Of a DNA stretch of 64,000 bases, positions 1 to 13,459 are shown piece by piece (position 1 is the first letter of the stretch; every line of letters begins with the position of its first letter). Made by a program: the position numbers and the translations under genes. The notes under the pieces are model-generated. The model did not search any database. It saw only the letters and a list, made by a program, of their open reading frames with translations, and had not been told where the DNA came from. This DNA comes from Schmidtea polychroa (lineage: Eukaryota): positions 51,584,001 to 51,648,000 of the forward strand of contig CM097887.1 of NCBI GenBank assembly GCA_044892525.1, written 5' to 3'.

Positions 1-533
1 AGGTCATCAGCTTTTTTTCCACCTAAAGGGAAAAATCCAAGGAACATTTCTTTTACTTCAACTTTCCCATTGTGGGTTTTCACATATCTGATAACTTCAG
101 ACATCTGGTCAGTGTGTGATAAATCAGGTGTGCCGTCGAACACAATTCCAAAATACCTCGCAGTTTTTATATCCTTGACAAGATCTTCTTTACTTGATTT
201 GCCAGGACATTTAAAATTTGATTTTGCGTTTCTGGTGAAAGGTAAGATACGGATGCTTTTACTTTACAGGTAGTCCTCGTTAGTCTCAGTAGATGTTCTT
301 TCAGTACTCGGTCATATTTAGATTGCTCCAGATGCTCTGCAGATTGCATGTTAGCACCTTGACCCAGTTCTGCCTTTTAGTAATTTATTTATTTAACTAT
401 GATCAGTTATTCGCTTATGAAATACGACTGGACCGAGCAACGTCTGCTTTGTAAAATTTGCAATTTCTCATTTGGTGTTATGATGTCACCCGGTGTGGTC
501 CGCATCCCCCACGCCCGCCTAGCGTCGCCACTG
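1..533 (-). mobile_element. hAT transposon remnant (one terminus plus decayed transposase), continues past window start
   Basis: Minus-strand fragments read 'SYLSPETQNQILNVLANQVK' and 'KYFGIVFDGTPDLSHTDQMSEVIRYV', typical of hAT (DUF4371/ZMYM1-like) transposases. A CAGTGGCG... terminus ends at 533. Broken by stops and frameshifts. Confidence 0.8.
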
Positions 534-929
534 AAACCATGCCACCTGCCAGCTGCAATAACATTGAAATTATTGATTTCTGAATTCATAATAATCAAAT
601 TTCAAATTTATTTTAATGCAAGTTAGTTCATCAACCAAACTGAGTTTATTCATCTCCAAACTCACTTTCGTTTTATTTTCAATCATTCTGATACAATTAC
701 AGTTGATGCTATACAATAATTGAAATCAGTTCACAAACAACTCTTTCAATATATATTTATTGGAGGATTTTATTCGTCGTTGTACTTCTCTATATCTTCT
801 CTACATCATAAGTCATCAATAATATTTTAATATTGTACATTCTTTGAGTATTCTGAAAAATGTAAAATTCTTTAAATAAAAATTATACAATTTTAAAAAG
901 TTTTTATTTCATGAAGATTTCCATGTATC

Positions 930-1863
930 AAAAATTTAGATTAATTTTTTACTATGTGTTCGATTGTCATTATCGAGACATCTGTTGAGGCTCTTCCAAC
1001 CATAATTGATTCCGCAAATACCATGATGTAACACGTAACTTTCATAAATTGCCATAGTGCGAGATACAGGACAACTAGAGTCCAGAACGATACCCAAGGT
1101 TCGACCTGAAGCGTACAAAGAAAGAACTTCTTGAATTGCAAGTATTATATTTAGCTTTAATTAGTACTCGGATATCGTAGGATGTGGCAACTCTATAAAA
1201 CGGTATATTATCTTTTGCTGTCAAACGCGCGAGAACAGCTGGAAGTGAATCATCAACCTTTTTTATAAAGAAATTTGATATATTATTGTTTGTAGTACTA
1301 GCGATGACTTTGTTTGTAATTTGACTAGATGATGCCATATCACTCTCGTCATCTTTTCTCTTCAATAGATTAATTTTATGCTGAGATTTAAGATGGGCAT
1401 GCAAACCGCTAGTGCTACCACCAACACATTTAATCGGTTTCGCACAACTATTGCAGACGGCTTCATTCTTATTTGTTTCTTTGAAATAGGTCCATATTAA
1501 ATTTGTACGCATGATGGCTAAAATATTTTTTGGTTTTAAATAACGAATAAATTAGTATTTTTTGTATTACCTTACCTTTATTAAATTTTATGAGACGTTC
1601 TATTATATAAAAAAAAAATTGATATATTTATTATAAATTATATACTGCATATAATTATTAATTTTAAATATTAAATTCAACTATTTACTTATAAAATAGT
1701 ATGCACGGAACGGAACAAAACGATAAATATTGTATAATATAAAGTTTAAATTTTTACCGAAAAAACCGGTAAAAAATAATGAATTTACCGGTTTTTCGGA
1801 AATGAATTTTTTAGCAATTTACCGGTTAACCGGTAAATTGGTTAATCGGTATTGCAAGCCCTA
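930..1863 (-). mobile_element. Truncated hAT element with BED zinc-finger N-terminus
   Basis: ORF 1075-1512(-) begins 'IWTYFKETNKNEAVCNSCAKPIKCVGGSTSGLHAHLKSQH', a BED finger. The terminus TAGGGCTTGCAATACCG at 1863 is followed by subterminal ACCGG repeats (1758-1850). Confidence 0.8.
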
Positions 1864-2359
1864 ATTGCAACATACATCATTGATGCATTAAATGTCTCCT
1901 ACATTCAACGGCGCTTCGGTTAAAAGAACTGAAAGCTCTTCTGACGCAATTCCCATTTCATTGTGAAGCGTATAATGACCGATCCTTTTCATATCATCCA
2001 AATTTGTTTTAATGTCATGTTTAAACGTGTAGTTCAAAGTTAAATTATCTTTCATAGATTCAATATTATCATCAACATTGCCTTCATCGTAATCAGTAAC
2101 ATTTATTGATTCATGAATCCTTAGCACCTTAAAAATATCGAAAAGAACGTCTCCATCAGTTATTGAAGTTGCATTTGTAGCAAAAATCGATTTAAAATGA
2201 ACAAACATCTTGTTGTCTTTTTCGGAACTCATCATTTAGTCAATAGAAAGTAGGCAATTTTTGATTTTATTAATCTTTATTTTTATTTCATATTACAAAT
2301 TTTAAATAATTTTATTATTATAAATACTTATAGTATTTATAATAATTATTTAATTGATT

Positions 2360-2760
2360 TGACTACATAGCCCTCCGCCGAGGTCATGGAGTGACCTATT
2401 AGATTCTTGGAGATGGGCTGCTTTCAGTTTGTCTACCGATACTCGTAAAGTCCTCGTTGGTAATTGAATTTCAAATGTTTTAAAATCTGAACTTTGGCTA
2501 TTTACCCTATATCATCATATATACCATCATATACACTTCTTGATGGCGGTTCTTGATTCGGCTTTGAGCCACACGTGAGTAGATTCCTTCAGCTCGCTCG
2601 GTAGGAATGATTTCCAATTTTGATTTCTTTTCCTTCTGATTATGATATCACCAGGTAGCGTCCGTCAGTTCCAAAAACACTTTGGCTCGGTGATACATTT
2701 GTTCCTTCGGAGATGACATTGCGAAGTCCAAGTAGAATTGACGGTAAAAATGATAATTTG
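2360..2760 (-). mobile_element. Ty3/Gypsy 3' remnant: integrase C-terminus, PPT and probable LTR start
   Basis: Minus-strand fragments read 'ILLGLRNV', 'SFLPSELKESTHVWLK' and 'TFEIQLPTRTLRVSVDKLKAAHL' (Gypsy integrase C-terminal region). They are followed by purine tract GGCGGAGGG (2371-2379) and TGTAG starting at 2367. Confidence 0.65.
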
Positions 2761-3232
2761 ACAATGATTTACAGCAATTATAAATAATAAACAATTAAAA
2801 TTCACAAATTTCTTTCGTCATTTTCCTTAAATGAAAATGTACTTCGAGTACTAGCCTAGGAAATCTTTTCCAAGTTCATTTAAAACAAAAATTATTTGGT
2901 TAAAGATGGGTGTATCTTTTTCATATGGTATATTAATTTTTTCTATTCTTCCATAAATCTTATAGCCGATTGGCAGGTGTAATTGCTAATGAATTTTCAG
3001 CACGTAGGTGAGTTTGTATCTTATAAAATAATTTATTGAATTTTTAAAAATATTATTATAAGTGGTTTTTATATTTTGCAACGCGGTTTTATAAATTCGG
3101 ATATTGTAAAATTAGTGTGTGGCAATAACTCTTTTAGTCTACTGATCTTTCCATTTTAAGGAAATCAGCTAATACAAATTCTGGTTATAAAAGAATTTTG
3201 GCAAAAAGCATTTTATTAGTTATATTTTCAAT

Positions 3233-3237
<5 letters not shown>

Positions 3238-3268
<31 letters not shown>
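3238..3268. repeat. (AT)n microsatellite
   Basis: Directly visible dinucleotide run. Confidence 0.95.
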
Positions 3269-3270
<2 letters not shown>

Positions 3271-5496
3271 AAATTCATATATATCATTTTTTTGAAAAAA
3301 TTAAAATTAAAAACAATTAAAATTTAAGAAATCGTACATTGAAAAATATTTTTAAAAAGTTAAATAGCAATTTATTTTCCTAAAGAAAATTTAAAAAATA
3401 ATTACTAACTGATTTTTATTATAGATAAAAAAATTTCGATAATTTTAATTATTATTCATCTTCATTATATATTGTAAATCTGCAATTATTAACTAGTATT
3501 TTCCAAGGGGAATTTCATGTGAAATTTTTGTTAATATCATATTTTATAATGACAAAATTTCTAATAATTTTTTATATATTTTTGATATACTGAGGAGTCT
3601 TTAAATTAAACTCTTGGGAGATTATTAATGTTCGACGATAAATAGTGCCTTTTTATTGATATTTTAATTTTTTACATAGTTTAAAAACAAAGATAAATTA
3701 TTCTATTAATATAAATTTATTTTTGACAATTTATTTATTTTTGATTATTTATTTATTTATTAATTTATTTTTGACATTTGTTTAGATTAATTTCTTTTAT
3801 GATCTTAACCCAATTTTCAAATTTTAATTAAAAAAGTTAGTTGATTATCAAATTTCTGTAATTAAATATTTTAGGGTTTTCACAATCATTTATGCATTTT
3901 GTACAACTCTGTTACCGTGACGATTATCCTTACTATTGGTTAATATATGACAAATTTTAACCAATCAATTCTATTTAACGTTTATTTAACTTTGGAAGGT
4001 TTCATATCCAAAATGACCTCAAAATATTTAATTATTTTTAAAATATTATCATTTTATTATTTAATTATACATCTCTTTATGGAGAAATTTTATCTTCAAC
4101 TTTTTTGTCGCCTTCAATACCACATATTGAAAAAGAAAAATTTTAATAAATTATAATGATTACCAAAATTTAATTATTAATTATTATAAGTAATTGTTAT
4201 TGAACTTTTATGCTGAATTCATTGAAAAATTGTATATTTTGTTTTAATAAAGTAACATTTTGAATCAGAATTTTATGGCTAATAAATGGCATTTATTTTA
4301 TTCCGATTTTTATTTTTTCCTAGATTTTGAGCTGTAAAAAAATGAGTAAATTAAATGCGAAATAATCGCCTCTAACATAAGTTATGAGAAAAACAATTTC
4401 TGTTTATGTTTTAATAATGATTTGCCTTATCAAATTTTAAAAATATTATTTATCATCATGATGCTAGGTATTAGAAAGAAAGAAAGGTATTAGAAAGGTA
4501 TTAGAAAGAAAGCCCTTCATAGTACAACTAAATTCTTCTAGACTTTGACAGGTCCACCCTTACTAATTTCGATTGTGACTTTTTTCTGCGGAAGTTTATA
4601 TTTCTTCCATATTGAAATTTGCTGAGTGAATCCAAATGCGATTCTACAAATTAAAATATTAATTTTATTTGATTTTACTAAATCTATTTATGGAAAAATC
4701 ACAAATTTTTAAAAAAGAATGAGTTTAACTCGGACTTCTCGTAGTCTTTAATAAAATAACAAATTAAGTCTCCCAAAGAAAAATTCCTTATTAAATGTTA
4801 AACAATATTCTCTTTATAATCTTTCACTAAAAAAACAACTAACATCCTATTTCTTCGACAAAACGGACAAGTCTCCACTAAATTGTCAAATTTTAAAATA
4901 TTAAGAAATTTTTATCAATCATCGAAATTTCGATTCACAGAATCCCCGAAGTTTTCCAAAAGAAATTAATTCATTCTGATAGGATAATATGTACTTGTCA
5001 TATTTTGTTTTCATACCTGTCAACCAATCAATTGGTGTTTTTTAATAACAATAATTGATAGTTTGAACATTTTTTATTAATTAATTAATTTCTAATATTT
5101 AATTTGTATTCCAAGGAATAATCATAATTTCTATTTTCATGTTTCCATAATTTCTTCACGGTGAATATTGATTTTGTGCACTTTTATATAACCCATACAT
5201 GAAATATATAGCAATAATTTAGACAAGAATGGAAGAAAAATTATCATTATATATACGTCTTTTATCCATTGCACCTTTAGAGAGCAGATACAAATGCGTC
5301 TCTTGGATAGGCTAAGGATGATTAAAAATTGAAAGTTTGCGTATTTTCATTTTACTTCTGTCGGAAAACATATATTTATAATAAAAAAAATGACCAAAAT
5401 GAACTGAAAATTGTTGATTAAATACATTGCTTTCATTATATAAACTTTTCTTTAAATTAATAATAAAAAATTAATAATAAAAATAATAAAATTCAA

Positions 5497-5665
5497 TTAA
5501 AACAATTAAATGATAATTTAAGACTTGCTACGAAAAAAGTATTTAATGAAAAATTATTTTCGACTATAAAATTGAGATTGACAAGGACTATGTTATAGTC
5601 GAAAATATTTTCATTAAATACATTATTCGCCGCAAAAGGCCTAAATTATCACTTTATTGTTTTAA
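5497..5665. repeat. Imperfect foldback palindrome, MITE-like
   Basis: GTATTTAATGAAAAATTATTTTCGACTATAA pairs with TTATAGTCGAAAATATTTTCATTAAATAC, and the pairing extends outward to TTAAAACAAT/ATTGTTTTAA. Confidence 0.7.
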
Positions 5666-6240
5666 ATAATAAATGCTGCTACCAAGAAATCATCACTTTA
5701 TAAAAATTTCAATTATTTATAGATATCCCTAAATAAATAACTGAAAGAAATAATAAAATTTTACATTGTTAAGTCTTCAGAAAATTGACAAAAAAGAAGC
5801 CAAAATAAAAATTTAAATATTGCAAATGGTATAAAAAGAAATTTCCATTTTCAGTTTTATAATTGAAATGTGAAAAATTAAAAAAAACAGATAAGGAAAC
5901 AATTTCATTATTAATCACATTTCCTTAAATCTATTGACTAAAATAAAAAAAAACTGTTGATTATTTTTTTTGTTATAAAAAGTCAATTAAAAATTTTCGA
6001 TGTTGATAAAAGTCAGGGAAATAAATCGAAATTTCTATTTTAATTAATTCTTTTTCTATTTAATTATTCAATAAATTGGTGAATGGAGATCAAATGAAAA
6101 TGATTAGAAATTTCACTGGAGAAATTGTTTTAACTTTTACATTTTTAATTTAGAATAATGTACAAATATTTCTGATGAATTTGAAAGAAATTGACAGAAA
6201 TAGTTTACTGGGGAAATTAAGGGATTATTAAATATTTCAG

Positions 6241-6700
6241 AATGATTAATACGTTTCAAATACGCAGTAAATTGCGTTATACACCAAAGAAAAAAATCAA
6301 TAATCTTACATTATAGAAACATATCACACAAATGTTCTCATTGATAGTGCAATGAGATACACCTGACACTGTCAAAATCTAAAAAGTGGTAGTAAAATTA
6401 AATACTGCACACAAACACATCTAATAATAAAAACCACATGCAAACTTTCGATATATAGAAATGCGCCGCTGAGATACGTTTCTATAATAACTTTATTTTA
6501 GACAATTTTTAGAAAGAAAATAATCGCTGAAAATGTTTTTTAATATATTTTTATAGAAATTACGTTAAATTGTCGTGAAAATGACGAAACATCATCGTAG
6601 GAATTATTCTTGAGTAAAAATTAAGTAAAATATTTCTGATATTTGTTTTAGAAATATTTTAGAAAAATACATTTTCGTGATTGATTTAATTATTTGATTA
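6241..6700 (+). repeat. Dispersed repeat copy; inverted, diverged copy at ~62940-63290
   Basis: CATGCAAACTTTCGATATATAGAAATGCGCCGCTGAGATACGTTTCTATAATAA (~6438-6490) matches the reverse complement of ~63050-63105, with flanking similarity. Confidence 0.7.
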
Positions 6701-8499
6701 TAATTAAAAATATATCTGACTTACATTATATCAAAATAATTCTTAAATAAATTTCATAAAATTCCTAAAAAGGCTAAAAAGTAAGTTATTCGTAGATTTT
6801 AACTGCACTTTCATTTGGAAATCCAGTTGGTTATTTATTTTTAATGAAATTCATCGATGAAAAAAATTGTTCGCATTTATATTTCTAGTATTCAGATAAA
6901 CATTTTACAGTGATAGAATTATACATTATGACAAAAATATTCTTTCTTGTTGTCATACAATATATGTAAATCTAGATTTTATGATTTTTTAAGTATTTAT
7001 TAGAGTTGCTTTTTTTGAATTAGGAACAGCTGGTTCCCGACTCCTGGTATTTTGTGTGCTATTAGTTGAGATTTTACGGCGAGCACTTGATTAAAATCAT
7101 TTTAATATGTTTCTTTCGGTAAATTTTAGTTCCTTATTGTATCTGAAGAGATTTAGGGGTTCTGATAATTGAATAAATAAATCATGGAACAGGTTGCACC
7201 CGAGAATTATTAATATGAATATTATTCTGGTATCAATTGAACAATGATTCCGAGACCATCATTTGAAAGCGTTAATTGTTGAGTAAAGATATTTGGTATG
7301 TGGTAAAACAGAGTAACTAAAATGTTGCGGTTGAATTGTAGCAATTCCCATTGCCATTTGCTGCTGGCAATAATTAACGTTACGGAATACATTGTGATAA
7401 TGCTCCTTTTTGCACATTAAGATTAACTATAGTTCGTAGGAGCTGGTAGAAGTAAAGGTTTCGTCGTAGTAATACCATTAATAGTTTCTTTAAAATGGAC
7501 TAAATTAAGTTGAACATTATTATGATGATTGGTATATTTTCCATTTTTATTGCCTTTTAAATTTGCTTAAGAACTAAAATTCAAACCATTTTAGCAGGAA
7601 TTTTACGGAATTGTGCTTAGTAAAACTTCGCTAGAACAAGTCAATGAGTTGTTAACAATATTATTAAAATTACTAGCAATATCCTGTCAAAATAACGGCC
7701 TTTTTATGTTTGAATATCAGCTTTAACTAATTAGTTATTTTTATATCCTAACAGCATATAAATGAAAACACATAATTCTCTTATAATAGGTTATTTTTCT
7801 TTTCAAATTTTTATATAAAACAAATAATTAATAACTAATAATTATTTAGTATTCATTTTAAACCTCTAAATAGCGTTAGTCATACATTGTTACATGGGAA
7901 GTTATGTGTTTAGATTCTTAGTACAAATTGGTTTATTATTATCTCCATTATGAAGTGATTTTGTTGAATTGAAAATGGCGTTGTTCTTATTAAATTTTAT
8001 ACATTTCGATATATTTAATAAATACAAACGAGTTTGAACCGTTTCAAAGATTCATTTTAATCAAATTTGTAATATTACAGTTGTAAATTCAAGTCATTCA
8101 TAACAACTGCAACTTCAAACAAAACCAAACTCTTTCTCAAAATCACAGCGAATATGGTCATCATGTGGACTAGGTAGAGGTGATTTAGGTTTACCCGATT
8201 CGAATTCTGCGTAAAAATCTCACTTAATTTGGTAAAGAAGACTTGTCAAAGACATCTGGAATTTGGAATTATATCGCTTTCAACCAGAGTTTCATCACGT
8301 TTCTCCGACATAATTTCAGGTTTATGAGTCACGGGATTCAATTTTCTTTGGAACCAGTACGCTTTCCAAGTTATTATTGATTTGTAAAATGATAAATCCG
8401 CACGCACTTATTATAACTTAATTTGAATCAATACGGAATTAAAAATGAATATTTTCCGGGGGAAACTGGTATGAGCGGATGCTAAATAATGAGACGAGT

Positions 8500-9189
8500 T
8501 CAACTATAATAAAATAAAACCAATGGGGGTCCCTAAAAGAAATAAATTACAAAAAACAAAAATTAATTAAAAATTAATTAACTAATGGAGAACCCGAGCT
8601 AATGGGAAACCCGAGACAATGGAAAACCCGGGCGATTTGAGAGAACCTGAATTATCAATCAAATTAGGAAAGGCAATTAAATTAGCCGACTAAAATTAAA
8701 TTGGAACGAGCCGTCAAAGAAAAAGGGGCAATTTCCTTAAAGCGAATTAGAGCTACAAGAGGAAGCCCGGGGAAGTTAGATCCAGACTAATTTGTCAAAG
8801 TAAAATCAATTAAAAAATGGATATAAAAGCAACCGACAAGAAAACAGAATTTCCAGTTGGTCGAAGAAAAAGAAAACAAGAAGTTTAGCGAGAGCGACAA
8901 AGAAAACATTAAAATTAGTAGCAATTGAATAATCTAAATCGAACGTACCAGAAAGGGACAGCTTCCGTTGGAAGATCTATCCCTGCCTAAGATTTGTAGT
9001 TGTATTGAAAAGTGCAGACCAAAAATGGTTGTATCAAGTGTGGTGTAACTAAAGTGGTGTAACTTAAAGTGTAACTAAAGTGTAACTGTATCAGTTTTAA
9101 ATAAAGATTTTGTGTTGGGTCGTTTATTTATTTTGAAAAGAACACAAAGGAGTCAGACAGTAATACCGACTTGCACAAAATACCCAACA
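8500..9189 (+). mobile_element. 5'-truncated LTR related to the main Gypsy LTR family
   Basis: Shares AATTAATTAA-CTAATGG..AACCCGAG repeats, TTGGTCGAAG and GGAGTCAGA...CCGACTT...CAACA with the 23829-24669 LTR. Ends CCCAACA at 9189. No PBS follows and the 5' boundary is unclear. Confidence 0.7.
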
Positions 9190-11819
9190 ATAATAATAAT
9201 AATAACAGAAGAAAAGGAAGTAGAAGAAGACTAATATTGGAAAAAATCACAATAATAACGATAATAACAATGCTGGTAATAATTATGGTGTTAAAAATAA
9301 TAATACCCATAATAATGATGATAATATTTCTTTTGTCTATAAATAAAATGCAAATATTGTTGATAATATTATTTTGTCCAATCTTAACCAGTTGTTTGCA
9401 GTTCTCCTTAAGAATTTATTGATCTACTGTCATTTAAATAAAGAATAAAAGCTACATTTAACTCTAATCAAAATAGACTAATCAAATAAATTTTATTTGA
9501 AACGTTTGTTCTAGTGACTAATGTTAAAAATGTTATGAGATTTAAAAGCATTTAATATATTTTGGAGGTCATCATTGCTTGTACACAATAAGTATTAAGG
9601 TTAAAATGAAGGTGTTTTGATGAAAATTATATAACAAAAGTGTATTCAAAATATAAAAGAAATAGTTTTAGTATTCTGAAAAATATTTAAATATAATAAA
9701 CCCTTTTGGTAAATTTGAAAAGACGAGAAATCTATCATGCAATAACAATATTTGGGTTATATAGACAATATATTGTTCTCTTTCTTCCAAAGATTATCTA
9801 TGGACAAAGTAATATAACAAAGTCCTATGATATATTTCCACATAGAAGGCTACCTAAAACCCAAATTTACGTGATATAATTATCAAATCGTTAATTATAA
9901 TGAATAAGAAACTAAAATAAAAATTAGGAAAAACTTTTATTTTCCCGCGCGTGACTTATCTGAAAGAGAATATAAATCATTTTCTCAATTAAATAATTGA
10001 CATGGAAATATCTTGCAGTTAAAAATCAAATAATTTTTATATTATCATTTTTAATTATTCCAATAGCTGAAAGCTGAAACCTTTTTGTTGACTAATGAAA
10101 TAGTAAACACATTCTCCTTTTAGCAAAAAAAACACCTATTCAATTACCATTAGGGTACAGCAACGACTTTGAATCATATAATAGAACTAAGTAATTAAGT
10201 CATTTTATTTTGAGTCGGTAAACAATTCCCGCAACATATTAAATGAAATTTTGAGTTTTTTTGATTTGTGCCTATAGAAAAAGTAATACCTCTTTCTCAA
10301 ATTTGCGTCTTTGATTCAATTTGTCGCGACACTTGAAAAGTATTCTATCAAAACCTAAATATAGCTACGAAACTAAAGTAAGTAAAAAAAAAGTAAGTAA
10401 AAAAATTCAATCTACCAAGAAACTGATTTTGAAATTGACATTTGTAAAAGTATGATATTAATTTTCATTGTATTAATTATGTATTAAATTTGAAAATTAA
10501 ATATAAAAATAACAGTAAGATAAAATATTTTTGTTACCTACACGAGTTTATTTGAATGAAGTTGATAATATATATGTAGAATGTAAGAATTTTTAGTAAT
10601 GTTTTGCTCAATTTTTCTAAATTTGTATTGTTTGGAATTTGTTATAGCTCTTAGTTCACGTAAAAATGTTGAATATAACATTTTATAATAATGAAATAAT
10701 TCTTAAATAAAGTTTATGTAAAAATTTTAGTTTTTTATTTCGGTTGGGAACTGTAGTGCGTTGTTATTTTTATTATTATTATCATTTTTACTATTATTAT
10801 TATTATTATGTACTTTTGTAAATAAAAAACTATATAGTTCAATTCTCTATAGTAAGTTTTTACTATAGAGAATTACAAAAATCATTAATTCATTAAAAAT
10901 TTAAATACGGGTAAATATTATAAAAAACCTTCCATTACGAATCAAAAATTGAAAAACTAGGAATAAATACGAAGAATACTAAGGTTTCTTTTAATAAAGT
11001 TTCTAATAATAAAGTTGCTAATTTTATTATTATTGTTACTTTTTATTATCGTTGTACTGTAATATAATTTAATAACGCAACATACAATCACCCCAGCAGC
11101 CCCAATACAATTTTTAAAGGTGACGCCGCTGGGTACTACAGATTTCTCCAGAAATTCAAGTACACATCTTACATAACAAAACGATACATAAATCTCGTAA
11201 ACACACACATAATAAATAATAATAAAAATATAATCATAATAGGAACCAATCAGTAAAAACTGTATAAAATCACATAAAATATGACGTGTCGATTTGCGTC
11301 GGTTTATCGTGGAACCAATCTCGAAGCAAATCGAAGCTTGATTGCAGATGAGTACTGACCGACTCCAGAAAATGTTTAATTGTTTATTAAGCAATTCCAA
11401 ATGTAGCGGTTCTAAAAGCACCAATCTTATTAATCTGATGCTCACGGCGTTTCTACAAAAAAATTAAAACATTTATTAAAACAAAAACATCATTAATTTT
11501 TTTGATATTTCAAAGAAGATGAACTGAAATTAATCCCGTAAAATCGTTACAAAATCAGAAAATTATTAAAATTATTAACATTGTTACGATTCCTGGGCAA
11601 ATTTGGAAATTATAAATAATTGGCATTGAAATGAAAATTTGCGATTTGCCTTGAACCTATTAATATATAAACTCGTCTGACAAGAAGGGAGCATAAATTT
11701 TACAAATAAATTTTATAAAATGACAAATGCTTTCTTTCCAAATTATATCCGGTAATTATGGCAAAAATATATAATATTGTCTTTTGTAAAATAATGATCA
11801 TTATTATAAACATCATAAT

Positions 11820-12290
11820 CTAATATATTTACTGATTCATAGTCAAGCTTTTTAANNNNNNNNNNNNNNNNNNNNNNNNNNNNNNNNNNNNNNNNNNNNN
11901 NNNNNNNNNNNNNNNNNNNNNNNNNNNNNNNNNNNNNNNNNNNNNNNNNNNNNNNNNNNNNNNNNNNNNNNNNNNNNNNNNNNNNNNNTATGAATCAGTA
12001 AATATATCAAAAACATCGATATATTTACTGATTCATAGTCAAGCTTTTTATTAAATACAATGATAAAGAAATCAGTGATGAAATTGGAAAAAAAGTTCTT
12101 ATAATATTATTATTATTATTATTTATTAAAAAGCTTGTAGACTATGAATCAGTAAATATATCAAAAACATCGATATATTTACTGATTCATAGTCAAGCTT
12201 TTTATTAAATACAATGATAAAGAAATCAGTGATGAAATTGGAAAAAAAGTTCTTATAATATTATTATTATTATTATTATTATTATTGCAG
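11820..12290. repeat. ~154-bp tandem repeat whose units form a long hairpin; spans an assembly gap
   Basis: Units start at 11989 and 12143, and a partial unit precedes the gap. There is a perfect 23-bp stem (12140-12162 / 12172-12194) with a 9-nt loop. Confidence 0.8.
11856..11988. other. Assembly gap (N run)
   Basis: Run of n characters. Confidence 1.
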
Positions 12291-13047
12291 ATTATTTATG
12301 GTTATATTTCTTTTACATTAAATCGACTAAACAAAACTAGCAATTTATTTTTGTATAAATTTCTAGTTAATTTAGAAAATGATAAATTTAGATCTATTTC
12401 TCAACCGGAAATTAAAAATCGTAGATTTGTCCGTGATTTCTAAAATAAAAAATTAGATTTTCTATAATTATAATCATTATCATTATTATTAACGTAGATT
12501 GATTCCCAAAGAATGTGTGTGTGTGAATATGTGCTCCTGTGTGCATGTATGCTATTGTGTGTATGTACACTTCTGTGTGTGTATTTTTCGGTGACCGATT
12601 CATGTTTTTCTAATTTGTTTAAATACGAAATAACACGCAGTTGCACATTTTCAGATTTATTTTAAATATCAAATAATATTTTTCAATGTGAAAATAACCA
12701 ATTTTTTATTATGTCGATTAATTATTCAATTTCTATTTAAGGTATTATTAAAATAAAGCAAAATGTGAAATGAAACTTTTTAATAATATAATATATTTGT
12801 ATTATCTATAACTATAAAACACAAAAATTGACTGACAAAACTTATCTATATTTTTTAATTTATTCGAAACGAAAATCTGTAAATATTTCGTTATAACCAA
12901 ACATGGACTCGTCTAACACTAAAAATATACGACTTTAATGTGAGTTATTGAACCATTTACAAATCAATATGCTTTGGACCATAACTGAAGACGGGGGGTA
13001 GTTACCAACAGGCACTTCCTAGATAATCCTCAACAGTCAAACTAAAT

Positions 13048-13208
13048 CAGGGGTCTCAAACACGCGGCCCGCGGGCCGCATGCGGCCCGCAACAAAAAAA
13101 CAGATTTGTAATTTAACCAAACTTATTTAACAATTAAAATCATAATTGGCTGTATAAATTAAAACTTATCTTTTTAATTATTTTTATTTATACATATGAC
13201 GTTATACA

Positions 13209-13288
<80 letters not shown>

Positions 13289-13459
13289 TTAATAATAAAA
13301 AAATGTTTTTTAGTTTTGTTGAGTTTTTAATTAAATAAATATTAATGTCGGAGTTTCAGACTCCACATGTTCTGAAAAACAATTATTTATGTTGCTGCCC
13401 GCCGGCTCATAATACTAGTCTAATGCGGCCCGCAGGCCAGTTTGAGTTTGAAACCCCTG
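13048..13459. mobile_element. hAT (Charlie/Buster-type) MITE containing an (ATT)n microsatellite
   Basis: TIRs CAGGGGTCTCAAAC / GTTTGAAACCCCTG. 8-bp TSD AACTAAAT on both sides. GCGGCCCGC subterminal motifs. Confidence 0.92.

Noticed and set aside
4850-4885. Minus-strand 'ETCPFCRR', resembling the end of a RING finger
   Set aside because: Too short, and no upstream RING cysteines could be linked by plausible splicing.
9128-9422. ORFs 9128-9310(-) and 9171-9422(+)
   Set aside because: They are translations of degenerate (ATA)n simple sequence next to an LTR end.
10957-11445. 162-aa minus-strand ORF
   Set aside because: No recognisable motif, and the composition (I/F/Y/C-rich) is typical of AT-rich non-coding DNA.
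12412-12646. His/Thr-rich short ORFs
   Set aside because: They derive from a (TG)-rich low-complexity tract.
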